A stretch of DNA of 64,000 nt. It comes from Carpediemonas membranifera BICM (taxonomy: Eukaryota > Protista > Fornicata). Both the position numbers and the translations under genes were made by a program. The notes beneath the pieces were generated by a model, which ran no database searches, was not told the origin of the DNA, and saw nothing but the letters and a program-made list of their open reading frames with translations. Below are positions 53,129-62,922 of the stretch, piece after piece. The stretch's first letter is position 1. Each line of letters begins with the position of its first letter. Location: assembly GCA_019828565.1 (NCBI GenBank), contig JAHDYR010000025.1, forward strand, positions 124,001-188,000. The letters are read 5' to 3'.

Positions 53129-54202
53129 CTAGTCGTCGTGGTCGAGCAACAGGTCCACCCGCCCACGCCCGAGCCCTCCCCTAGGCGTGGTGGCCTCTAA
53201 CAGTGGCTGGTACGCCGGGGTCGGCAGGAGGGGGTCTTCGGACGCGTCAGGGCGGTGGGCGTCCGGCAGGTCTGTCTGGTGCGGGTCCGGGCCGTAAAGC
53301 TGTATGAGGACGACGAAGAGGGTCAGTGGGGCAACCTCGATGAGGGAGAGATACAGCGTCATGAAGAGGTCGCACCCAAGCAGCGAGTAGCCCCAGTTGA
53401 ACAGCCATACCGGGGGGAAGTCGGGCAGCGGGACCACCAGTGTCTCCAAAAGACTCTCCACCGCCCGGGTGCCGACCGAGAAGCCCGCCAGGATGGTTAT
53501 GCCAATCAGCACCAGGAGCTGACGGATACGGTCGTTCTGGCCGGCCGCTAGGGTTGATATGAGCGAGGCCGAGAGGTAGAGCAGAGCTAGCATGACGACG
53601 GGCACGATCTCCGCGTGTGAGATGGCCTCAGACAGGTTCCACCACACGTAGAGCCGCGTGGTCACCAGCCCGACGACAATGCCGACCAGGCAGATCACAA
53701 TGTACGCTACGGCGTGGGCGCTCACTAAGACAGTCGCGGCGACCCTGAATATGTTGAGGCCGGCCCGTGCGGGCGACTGCGGTGTCTTGGACGCCCCCAG
53801 GACCTCCTGCCGCTCGAACGCCTGGCGGACGGCCATGGGTAGCTGGACCCGCGGTACTGGGGCTACATAGACGGCCCAGGTGACGACAGTGAGCCATAGC
53901 CCTAGGAGGAGCCAGGGGGGCATGGTGTTGAGAACCTGGGCGATGAAGTCGGACACGGCGGCCATGTTCTGGACACTGGACACCTGGAACCGGAGCTGGA
54001 TGGATACGATGAGCCCGGCAACCCTGCTTAGGCTCCACAGCATGGTAAGTGTGGATGCGATTAGAAGGAAGTCGTTGCGGGAACGGAGGTTGAAGATGTG
54101 GCCTAGATGGCTGCTTCTACGCCACCACTGGACCCTAGTACTAACATCTACGCTATGTGAGATGATGGGGAGGAACGGACACAGTATAAACGCTGCAAAC
54201 AA
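53129..54202 (-). CDS. Hypothetical multi-pass membrane protein
   Basis: 6-7 hydrophobic segments; true 5' end uncertain. Confidence 0.55.
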   Translation of the reverse strand: MFAAFILCPFLPIISHSVDVSTRVQWWRRSSHLGHIFNLRSRNDFLLIASTLTMLWSLSRVAGLIVSIQLRFQVSSVQNMAAVSDFIAQVLNTMPPWLLLGLWLTVVTWAVYVAPVPRVQLPMAVRQAFERQEVLGASKTPQSPARAGLNIFRVAATVLVSAHAVAYIVICLVGIVVGLVTTRLYVWWNLSEAISHAEIVPVVMLALLYLSASLISTLAAGQNDRIRQLLVLIGITILAGFSVGTRAVESLLETLVVPLPDFPPVWLFNWGYSLLGCDLFMTLYLSLIEVAPLTLFVVLIQLYGPDPHQTDLPDAHRPDASEDPLLPTPAYQPLLEATTPRGGLGRGRVDLLLDHDD

Positions 54203-54478
54203 GGGCTAGCAAGCCGCAGCCGAAGAGGAGGACGATTAAAGCAAGAGATGTGGTTGTATTCTCGTTGTCTGTACAAAGATATGCCGTCCGACGGACGCTC
54301 ATGCTCAGCGACCGGACGTTGGATGATCAGATGAAAGATGAATCGTATCCTGCGAAAAACATAATCGCGAATCTGTCGAGCTACGCTCTCACATGGACGC
54401 ACCAAGTCCGCAACCAGTCGCGCTAGGCTGCGAGTGCCTTGTCAAAAACTGCACGGTGGTAACTACGGGAGGTCGGCG

Positions 54479-55930
54479 ATGGAGGACGAGGACATTGACT
54501 TTGTCCAGCGGGAATTCGCACAAATTCTCACCTACCAAGAGCGAAAAAACAAGGAATTGGAGGAGTCGCTTGTTCAGATCGACGGGAAACACATTGCGGC
54601 CCGATCAGCCATTGAGAAGATCCAACAGACGCTCTATAAGGTTCATTCGATCATCCCAGACAGTATTAAGCCCGAAACACCCGACCAGCTTCGCATCAAG
54701 GAGCTTCTCGAGCCCCCATCGACTGTGAACGCCTTCGAGACGCTCTTCCCCCAATCGCACACCGGCGGCTACAGCTGGCCCGTCCGGCTGGAGTGCGAGT
54801 TCTGTCGGACCGACCGGGACCGGGAGCAGGCAGCGAAGGCCAAGCCGTACTCCTCGTTGTACGACACTCTCACGACCCTCGACGGGGAGCTTGACCTCGA
54901 GGCGGCCAGGGGAAAGTTCGGGGACGACGTCGTGGGGATGATAGACGATGTGGACAAGGAGATCTGGGGCGAGGCCAAGGTGGCGGCCATGGAGTCGGCG
55001 GACCAGAGGATGGGGCGGCTCTTCCCGCACCTGCCCAAGAGGACAAAGGTCGCCACTCTGCCGGGCCTGTCGATCGACCTAGACCGGTACCGGTTAGAAC
55101 ACCCGATGCTGCTCAAAACCCGGGCGGAGCTCGGACCCGTGACCAAGGGCGTCGTCTTCACCGTGAAGCTCCTCGTCGCCGCCCAGCGTCTGAAGGAAGT
55201 CTCCGCTCGCACCCAGAGGCGGCGTGAGATGGTCCTGTCCGTCGGCATCCAGCGCCGCGAGCTTTTCATGTACAGCGGGGCCGAGCGTCGGGAGCTCGAG
55301 CGGGCTGTTGAGATCCAGGAGCAGCGCATTGTCACGGACACCCTGGTGAACGACGTCGCCCGCAAGCAGCTGCTGGTACGGAGCTGCGAGGAGGCGCGGC
55401 GGTGGTACCGGGGCAGCCTCAAGGAGCACTTGCCCCCGAGCCGGGCCGACGTAGACCTGTCCGAGCAGCGTAAGAACAGACTGCAGACGCTGCTCAAGGT
55501 GGAGCGGGCGCAGGAGGAGGCACAGCTCAAACTCAAGACCAAGGCGAAGCCCGTGGTTCGTCGGACTCAGCGGTCAGTGTCGGATGCCGAGCGGCAGCAG
55601 GCTCTGCGAGCACGGTACCTTCAAATGGGCATTCCCCTCGCAGAGGCGAAGAGCCTGGCCGAGTCTGAGATGACTCTGAGCAAGTCAGCCCTGAACAAAG
55701 CGATCAGTGACGATAGACGCCTCAGCATCGTCTCAACGTCGGGGTCCAACTACGTCAGCATGATACAGGACCCCTTCGCCCGGGACGACGAGAGGGAACG
55801 GCCGGGGAAGCGGAGGTCGACCGTCAGCGGTGGCATGGCGAGGGTTCTGAGCCGTAGTCGGTTCCAGACAGTCGCCAGTGCGGAGGAGCTCGATTGCAGC
55901 AGTGTGGAGCCGACCCCAAGGGACGACTGA
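54479..55930 (+). CDS. Hypothetical coiled-coil protein
   Basis: Long ORF with host codon bias; ATG 54479. Confidence 0.6.
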   Translation: MEDEDIDFVQREFAQILTYQERKNKELEESLVQIDGKHIAARSAIEKIQQTLYKVHSIIPDSIKPETPDQLRIKELLEPPSTVNAFETLFPQSHTGGYSWPVRLECEFCRTDRDREQAAKAKPYSSLYDTLTTLDGELDLEAARGKFGDDVVGMIDDVDKEIWGEAKVAAMESADQRMGRLFPHLPKRTKVATLPGLSIDLDRYRLEHPMLLKTRAELGPVTKGVVFTVKLLVAAQRLKEVSARTQRRREMVLSVGIQRRELFMYSGAERRELERAVEIQEQRIVTDTLVNDVARKQLLVRSCEEARRWYRGSLKEHLPPSRADVDLSEQRKNRLQTLLKVERAQEEAQLKLKTKAKPVVRRTQRSVSDAERQQALRARYLQMGIPLAEAKSLAESEMTLSKSALNKAISDDRRLSIVSTSGSNYVSMIQDPFARDDERERPGKRRSTVSGGMARVLSRSRFQTVASAEELDCSSVEPTPRDD

Positions 55931-56050
55931 GTGATATATATATGACCAATACGATTTACTATGGCAGCTATAAACACTGAGTGACAGCATCGCATGATTT
56001 GCACCCGCTTTATGGCAATAAGTAAGAGAGATCCGCGGTTATATCGTACA

Positions 56051-56818
56051 TCACTGCCGGACAATCTTAGGAGTGAAGCTCGTCACCTCCTGGGCGGCCC
56101 CAGACCGCACCGGCACCCGTCGGGGCGTGGGTCTGGCCGCAGGGGTCGTCGGGGCAGGCGTCGGCGTCGGCGTGGGGGCCATGACCGCAGCAGGCTCGGC
56201 TTTAACCACAGCGGGCGGCGGCTTGGTCGGTTCCACGATGAACTTGTCTGCGATCATCTGCTCGAAGCGGGGCATGAGTCGGGACCCGTCCGCCTTGTCG
56301 CGGTGGGCGTGGTGGATGAATCTCATGATCTCGTCCTTGTATGACTCCAGGGAGACTCGGTTGACGTGCTTGGCGGCCAGACCCTCGAAGAACTCGAGCA
56401 CATGTTCGATTGTCGTCCCGAAGTCGTCCCTGGCGAGGGCCTCGACCTGGCGGGGGACGTCAGAGGCAATGCTGCCGGTGTATTTCGAGGCAAAGAACCG
56501 AATGAAGCTAGCTGGAAGAGGTGGGAGCGGGTCCTGTGGCGGTGGTGCCCCTTTCGCTGCGGCGTTCTTTCTTTCAATCGTCTGGGCGAGTGTGTTGCGG
56601 CGTTGGATGAGCTGGTCACGCTTTGTGCTGATAACCTCAATCTGATCATCGATCGTTGCCATGCAATCGTCGAATAGGCGCAGATCCTCAAGACTATTCC
56701 CCGTTTTCATAATCTCAGATGCAAGTAGCGCATTCATTGCTAGCACACAGCTTGCAAGTGATCCATTCGCTACTCTCAGCTGAGATACATCATCTGAGGC
56801 GCCCACACGCTTGGCCAT
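56051..56818 (-). CDS. Hypothetical protein (coiled coil plus Pro/Thr-rich tail)
   Basis: ORF with host codon bias, divergent from TRM1. Confidence 0.5.
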   Translation of the reverse strand: MAKRVGASDDVSQLRVANGSLASCVLAMNALLASEIMKTGNSLEDLRLFDDCMATIDDQIEVISTKRDQLIQRRNTLAQTIERKNAAAKGAPPPQDPLPPLPASFIRFFASKYTGSIASDVPRQVEALARDDFGTTIEHVLEFFEGLAAKHVNRVSLESYKDEIMRFIHHAHRDKADGSRLMPRFEQMIADKFIVEPTKPPPAVVKAEPAAVMAPTPTPTPAPTTPAARPTPRRVPVRSGAAQEVTSFTPKIVRQ

Positions 56819-56990
56819 CAAGCACGCGATCTTCTGTTCCAAAATCCACAATTTCTTGAAAGAAAACGTAAGTCACCCAGCCAGCTGGATAACGGAGCCA
56901 ACTGCATGGTGTTTGGAGTCTAGTCGAGCGCTTGTCTTCATGTCGGTAAAACTGCGAAAGCACCGGAATCACCGTCGCCATTCTACCTAG

Positions 56991-58550
56991 ATGCCGAAGC
57001 GTCGTGAGAAAGTGCGTACTACCGTTGTTGGTGAGAAAGTGGAGGGGCTGGATGGTTTTCGTGTGATCACAGAGGGGAAGGCGCACAGTCTCTTCCCCGA
57101 CGTCGAGAGTGTCTTCTACAACCCGGTACAGGTCTTCAACAGAGACTTCTCGGTCCTCAACCTAATGGTTTTCGCGAAGGAGCGCGCTGAGCAGCTCGGC
57201 GAGAAGTACACCGGTCTGAATGTCCTCGAGGCCCTCAGCGCAACCGGCCTTCGCTCGATGCGGTATGCCCTGGAGTGCCCCGACATCAAGACGCTCACTG
57301 TGAACGACTACGACCCCGGAGCTGTCGAAGTGATTAAGAAGAACATCGAGTACAACAAGCTGGCCGACCTCGACGTCGACGTCCGCCCCAGCTGCGCAGA
57401 CGCCGTCGCGTACATGCATGCCGCCAAGGCCCGCAATGAGGTGCTCGATATCATTGATTGCGACCCCTTTGGCGCCCCCACGCCCTTTGTGGACAGCATG
57501 CTGGCGGCCATCGACCACGGCGGCATGCTCCTCGTCACCTGCACCGACCTCGGGGTCCTCGCGGGCAACCACCCCGGTACATGCTTCGCCAAGTACGGCG
57601 CGGTCGCGTGCAAGACCCCCGCCTGCCATGAGATGGCCCTCCGCATCTGCCTGGCCTCACTCGCCACGGCCGCTGCCCGCTACAAGAAGTACATCGTGCC
57701 GATGGTCAGCGTGTCCGTCGACTTCTACGTCCGCGTCGTTGTCCGCGTCTACTCGTCCGCGGCCAAGGTGAAGGGCACGGTCGGCAGCCTCGGCATGATC
57801 CACCACTGCTCGGGCTGCAAGTCCTGGCAGGTCCAGCCCCTCGCATGCCCCAAGGAGAAGAACGGGAGCACCTCATGGCATGCCTCGACCCTGACGCCGA
57901 CGGGGCGGTGCCCGCACTGCAGCCACCCCCTCATGCTGTCGGGACCGGCATGGATCGGGGCCCTGCATGACAAGACACACCTGGCGAAACTAGAGGCGCT
58001 GCTGGCCACTGCGCCGACTGAGCTACCGCACCTGAAGACGGCCCCGCAGCTGCTCGGGTATGTCCGGGTGATGGCGGCGGAGGTCGAGGCGCCACTGTAC
58101 CACTGCGTCGACACGCTCGTGGCCGTGATGCACTGCCCCTCCATCCCCAGAAACACCCTCATAGCCGGACTGCTGTCTCATGCCGAGAAGCTCGGGAAGA
58201 CGTACGCCGTGAGCCGAACGCACGCCTCCGCCCGGGGACTGAAGATCGACGCCCCCGCGGAGGCCGTGTGGGACGTCCTGCGGGCCTGGGTACGAGAGAA
58301 CCCCGTCAGCAAGAAGGCCGGGCCGAACACACCTGCCCGAGCCATCGCCGCGGGGACGGGGCTAGTGGCGCCAGAGGACATCGACCTGACCCACGCCGTG
58401 CCCGACGGGACGCTGTGCACGGAGGCGCTGTTCCTGCCCAAGCCGGACTACTGGGGGCCGGGGTCCCTGCCTAAGAGGGGGGCGGGCAAGACCAAGCGGG
58501 AGTCGCCCCAGGCCGGGAAGAAGGCGAAGAGCGAAGAGGACGAGGAGTAA
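56991..58550 (+). CDS. TRM1: tRNA (guanine26-N2)-dimethyltransferase
   Basis: VFYNPVQVFNRDFS, LEALSATGLRSMRY, IDCDPFG, GMLLVTCTD, HEMALR, SVDFYVRV, C4 Zn finger. Confidence 0.95.
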   Translation: MPKRREKVRTTVVGEKVEGLDGFRVITEGKAHSLFPDVESVFYNPVQVFNRDFSVLNLMVFAKERAEQLGEKYTGLNVLEALSATGLRSMRYALECPDIKTLTVNDYDPGAVEVIKKNIEYNKLADLDVDVRPSCADAVAYMHAAKARNEVLDIIDCDPFGAPTPFVDSMLAAIDHGGMLLVTCTDLGVLAGNHPGTCFAKYGAVACKTPACHEMALRICLASLATAAARYKKYIVPMVSVSVDFYVRVVVRVYSSAAKVKGTVGSLGMIHHCSGCKSWQVQPLACPKEKNGSTSWHASTLTPTGRCPHCSHPLMLSGPAWIGALHDKTHLAKLEALLATAPTELPHLKTAPQLLGYVRVMAAEVEAPLYHCVDTLVAVMHCPSIPRNTLIAGLLSHAEKLGKTYAVSRTHASARGLKIDAPAEAVWDVLRAWVRENPVSKKAGPNTPARAIAAGTGLVAPEDIDLTHAVPDGTLCTEALFLPKPDYWGPGSLPKRGAGKTKRESPQAGKKAKSEEDEE

Positions 58551-59673
58551 ACGCAGAATAGGTAGTATGGCGTTGTTTAAATGCTGCGGCTGCCATGTTT
58601 CGGTCACCTAGTCCAACGGCCTTTGCCTGAGGGCGTCGATCATGTTCACCTTCGTCTGTACGGTCGGGCAGCAACATCAACGTCTACCACGCTCCCACAG
58701 CACATTAGCCTCTTGTAAACACACCGGTTTGACATCCCCAGCCTCGGTGGAGCACTCAGACGGCAGTACGGCGCCGATTGACGAGGCGGTCGTGAACGGG
58801 ACGACAACTAGATGGTTAGCACCGCAAAGCATGATGCCTACTGCTATCAATCCAGCCCCAAATATGGAAATGATCGATGATAGAAACACTTTGTCAGGGA
58901 AAACGACCACAGACCGCATCATGTCGGTGGGCACGACGACGAAGACAGCGTAGAGCGCAAAAAGCACCCAGACAAACATACCAGCAGCTAAAAAGCGATA
59001 CTTTGCTGCATTCATCCTTGTAGAAACGGCAATTGCCGTGCTATGGGTCTGGGCGAGGTGCACTTTATGGAAAAGGCCAAGTAGTTTGTTTGACACGAAT
59101 CGGCGATCAACCCTGAACTGAGTAGAATGGCCGTGGATCTCATCCAGTGCGATGGGTCGACCTGTCTGAGATCATCAACTATTCGAGTCAGTAACGACTG
59201 TGCGGTGCAAGGAGAGCCTGTGGATGATGTCGGAGTTGCCGGAAAGGAACCGCGTGGGTAGTAAGGTAACAAGTAACTTATCAGATTTGGATCACCGGGC
59301 AGAGTGGCGATAGCACCATCAGGAGGCCACTTGAACACGAAGAAAACAATCAATGAAAATGACGGTGAATGTTACAAAGCGAGTGGTTTCCACCTGGCCA
59401 TTCAGTTTAGGACCGACCAGTGCTGCCCAGTGCTGCCAGTGTCAGCCCAACATGACGTCCCAGTCTGGTCGACTTCACCCCTCGGGACGACCCACAGGCC
59501 AGAGTATCAGTCTAAACGACTCCCGCAGCCTTGATCGGACCAGGAATCCGGGCCCGGGGACACACACTGATTGACAGCCCTATCCGCACCCACGTGACGC
59601 CAACCCAGCCACGGCCCAGTATAGCGCTACACCGCCCGGAATATTTACTGACAACGACATCCGACCAGGCCTG

Positions 59674-60369
59674 TCATCCGAAACCCTCACCCAACCCAAG
59701 CGTATAGCTGCCGTCGTCGGACGTATGCGGCTTCATGAACTGTTCGAGCTGGTCCAGGAGGGCTTGTGTGAGGCTGTCGTCGCCTGACACCTGATGTATG
59801 GTCGCCTGGGCCTTTTGCCATAGCCGCATAAAGGCCTCGGCGTTCGTATCCTCGTGTAATGGCATGCTCGTCGCGTCGCTGACACCGCCGACTGTGATCA
59901 ATGGCAAGTTTGCTGGCAGTACTGGCTGTAATGGCTGAGGCCGGTTGCTGAACGCCTTGGCGAGCTTCTCCAGCCTTGGCGTGATGTACTCGGGCGGGAC
60001 GGGCTGGTGGCCGGTGTGCTCGAGCTGCAGATAGCGGCTGATCTTCCACTTCTTCGTCGTAGATGACTGCAAGTTCGCGTTCACCACCCAGGAACAGCCG
60101 CAGCGTTGTTTCGCGCGTCGGCCTGGGGCTGGTGGCGGGTCATCTTCTTCGGGTCCCCAGCAATTACACCGCAAAGAGATGGAACGGTTGTTATATTTCC
60201 TCTTGAACACCTTAAACCCACGCATTTCGGCGTACAGCTCGATATATCGGAAGGCATCCTCTTTCTCACTGAACGAAAGGCCCGGAGTGAGCTCACACGA
60301 GCCAATATTGCCCAATAGGCTTACAACATCAGGGTGTGGATTCACAATCACACCCTCGTCGGATTCCAT
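59674..60369 (-). CDS. FAR1/MULE-type (WRKY-GCM1) zinc-finger DNA-binding protein without transposase catalytic domain
   Basis: GLSF...DAF..IELYA..RGF.V...C...RCGC.W.V.A...W.I...LEHTGH. Confidence 0.7.
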   Translation of the reverse strand: MESDEGVIVNPHPDVVSLLGNIGSCELTPGLSFSEKEDAFRYIELYAEMRGFKVFKRKYNNRSISLRCNCWGPEEDDPPPAPGRRAKQRCGCSWVVNANLQSSTTKKWKISRYLQLEHTGHQPVPPEYITPRLEKLAKAFSNRPQPLQPVLPANLPLITVGGVSDATSMPLHEDTNAEAFMRLWQKAQATIHQVSGDDSLTQALLDQLEQFMKPHTSDDGSYTLGLGEGFG

Positions 60370-60413
60370 TCCCCCGTTGCTCTGCGGTCTGGTGCGTAAA
60401 AGCATCACACCCA

Positions 60414-61467
60414 AATTTCACGACTCGAACGCGTTCAGTGATGCCGACCTAGCCCTTAGGCCAGCCAGACGGTGCCACTGCCGGCTGGCTCTCGTTCGTG
60501 CTAAACTGCACATTGTAGAAGCTTTTGGCAAAGCGCAGCTAGAATGAGGTTTGTTCCAACGTCCAGTGCACCATCACACAGCTTTGGCCAGTTTGGTTCT
60601 GGATCGTCGTTTTCGTTCGGCGCGAACGCTGCTAAGCCGCAAGGAGCAGCGACGCCCTCGTTTGGCGCTCCCGCCGGCGGCTTCGGCAGCACACCTGCAC
60701 CAGCAAACACCGGGTTCGGCGCACAGCCCGCATCGGGCGGCAACACTACCGGCTTCGGCGCTTCCGCGACCACCACGCCAGCAAACACAGGCTTCAGCGG
60801 GCAGTCCACCGGGTTCGGCGCCTCCACCGGCACTGCTGGCGCGAGCACTGGCTTCGGCGGCTTTGGTGCGAGCGCTCAGAAGCCCGCTGGAACCACAGGC
60901 TTCGGCGCCCCCGCCACTGGCACTTCCACCACCACGACAGGCTTTGGTGCGCCCGCGGCTGGCGCTTCTACGACCACAACAGGCTTCGGTGCGCCTGCTT
61001 CGGGGTCCACTGGCTTCGGCGCTGCGGCAGGATCTACTGGGTTCGGCGCGAAGCCTGCTGGCACCACTGGCTTCGGCTCCACAGCCACGACCGGGTCGAC
61101 TGGGTTCGGCAGCACCACACAGCCGGGTGCGGCCACCACTGGCTTTGGGGCGAAGCCCGCAACGACTGGCTTCGGCGCCTCGACTGGCACAACTGGCACG
61201 GCCGGATTTGGCGCGTCTACTGCGTCAACGGGCTTTGGGAGCTCGATTTCAACTACTGGTTTCGGCGCGGCTAAGCCCGCAACGGGCTTCGGCGCTTCAA
61301 CCTCAACTGGATTTGGATCGACCGGCACATCCGGCTTCGGCTCGTCTGGCTTCGGCGCCAAGCCCGCCGGCACTACAGGCTTTGGCGCGAGCACGGGCTT
61401 CGGGTCCTCCAGCGGCTTCGGCGCGTCAGCATCAACCGGCTTCGGCCAGCAGGCTCAGCAGCAGGCC
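60414..61467 (+). repeat. Segmental duplicate of 28621-29548
   Basis: Same promoter, 33-nt intron (60549-60581) and FG repeats plus three extra repeat blocks. Confidence 0.95.
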
Positions 61468-62178
61468 CTTGCACCACACGTCCCCCCGCTGGCCCGTGCC
61501 GAGCTGATCTCCCACCAGTTGACCCCCGGCGACCCCCAGTGTGTATTCCCCGGCCACGTGCTCTTCAACTACCAGCCGGCGGCCTGCACCCCCAACCCGC
61601 CGCCCGGCCAGGATCCCGCCGTGTGGCGGGCCGTCCAGCGACACAACCCGGACCCGACTAAGTACGTCCCCGTCATTGCCAGGTCGTTCGAGGACCTCCA
61701 GGCGCGTATCCAGTCGCAGCACCAGCAGGGTGACGTCAACACAAAGGCTGCTGAGAGTCTCCGCGAGAGGACGGTGGCCGCCAGTAAGAAGATCGAGCAG
61801 TGCAACAGCAGGGCGTGGGCCGCCCGGCACAGGCAGCTCGAGATGTCCGGGGCGTTGCTTCATTTCATCAACGGGCTCGAGGCCCTCAGGATGACGGGCG
61901 TGCCGGAGACAGCGTTCGAGCAGCAGATGGCCCGCCGCATCGGGGTGCTTAAGGAGAAGATCGCGGGGGAGGGCAACCTGTACGATCGGGCAACCCGACT
62001 CGATGGACGAGTGAGCAACGGACCTGTGGCAGACGATGTCAAGCTCGAGAAGGACGTCGACGAGAAGGTGCGCGGCTGCTTGGAGCAGATGCTGGCCACC
62101 ACGAGAGAGCTGCAGGCGGTGCTCCGCGGCGACAGCAAGGCGATCGGGCAGATCCTGGCGACACAGGACAGTAGATAG
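60544..62178 (+). CDS. NUP54: FG nucleoporin Nup54/Nup57; in-frame intron 60549-60581
   Basis: GFG repeats then PPPGQDPAVW...NPDPTKYVPV...FEDLQARIQSQ Nup54 alpha-helical motif. Confidence 0.82.
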   Translation: MRFVPTSSAPSHSFGQFGSGSSFSFGANAAKPQGAATPSFGAPAGGFGSTPAPANTGFGAQPASGGNTTGFGASATTTPANTGFSGQSTGFGASTGTAGASTGFGGFGASAQKPAGTTGFGAPATGTSTTTTGFGAPAAGASTTTTGFGAPASGSTGFGAAAGSTGFGAKPAGTTGFGSTATTGSTGFGSTTQPGAATTGFGAKPATTGFGASTGTTGTAGFGASTASTGFGSSISTTGFGAAKPATGFGASTSTGFGSTGTSGFGSSGFGAKPAGTTGFGASTGFGSSSGFGASASTGFGQQAQQQALAPHVPPLARAELISHQLTPGDPQCVFPGHVLFNYQPAACTPNPPPGQDPAVWRAVQRHNPDPTKYVPVIARSFEDLQARIQSQHQQGDVNTKAAESLRERTVAASKKIEQCNSRAWAARHRQLEMSGALLHFINGLEALRMTGVPETAFEQQMARRIGVLKEKIAGEGNLYDRATRLDGRVSNGPVADDVKLEKDVDEKVRGCLEQMLATTRELQAVLRGDSKAIGQILATQDSR

Positions 62179-62292
62179 GCTTACTAAAGGACTGAGAGGG
62201 CAAGTGTGGGTCCCGGGCTGCAGGGCATGATTTATTGGTCGAATCGATCTCAAAATTTTCGGTTAAACTGCACCGAAACGGAATTCTCAACA

Positions 62293-62700
62293 ATGACGAC
62301 TGAGCCAGCAATAGCTTCAAACCCTGCAGCGGGAAACACAGGAAACACGAATACTGAGCGGCCTATGACTGCTGAAAGCACTACAGGCAGCTGCAAAGCC
62401 GCTGATATGAACACAGCTTCTCGCCCGAGCACCGTTAACCCCAACGGCGCTGCGAGGACCACAAATGGGAAGAGAAATCTCCCTGAGCGTTTCCGGGATC
62501 CCTCCAAATTCAAGAGCTTCGCGAAGAAGCAGCACCCGCTCTATACCACGACCTCCAGCCAGATCGGCGCCCGCGTCCCGTCCGCCCACGAGCTGCCGAC
62601 CTCGTTCTATGGCAAGAGTGGCCGTTTCACCACAGGTCTGGCCGGTTTGTTCTACCGAAACAACGGACTGAACACCTCTGCCGACAAGCCCAAGGTCTAG
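62293..62700 (+). CDS. Pierce1/2-like (DUF4490) ciliary microtubule inner protein
   Basis: QHPLYTTTSSQIGARVPSAHELPTSFYGKSGRFT...YRNNGLNTS. Confidence 0.78.
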   Translation: MTTEPAIASNPAAGNTGNTNTERPMTAESTTGSCKAADMNTASRPSTVNPNGAARTTNGKRNLPERFRDPSKFKSFAKKQHPLYTTTSSQIGARVPSAHELPTSFYGKSGRFTTGLAGLFYRNNGLNTSADKPKV

Positions 62701-62922
62701 AGGCGCGTGTATCAAAGCAAGTAAACATTCTATCGGACTGTCCCATCGGTATCGTTTTGTGCTCCATGGACGATAAGCTGGGTCCGAGGTGGGACTGGGT
62801 CTCACCCACCCCGATACTGCCACGTCGGGGGAATCGGGCATGGCAGGCTATGCCTCGGGCGGGTCCTAGATATTCTCGGGCCGAATCAGATCTTCTCTGG
62901 CTAACCCCGTGGAACTCCGTCG

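Noticed and set aside
58600-59400. Fragmented minus-strand ORFs, possibly a decayed gene
   Set aside because: No diagnostic motif that I can identify with confidence.
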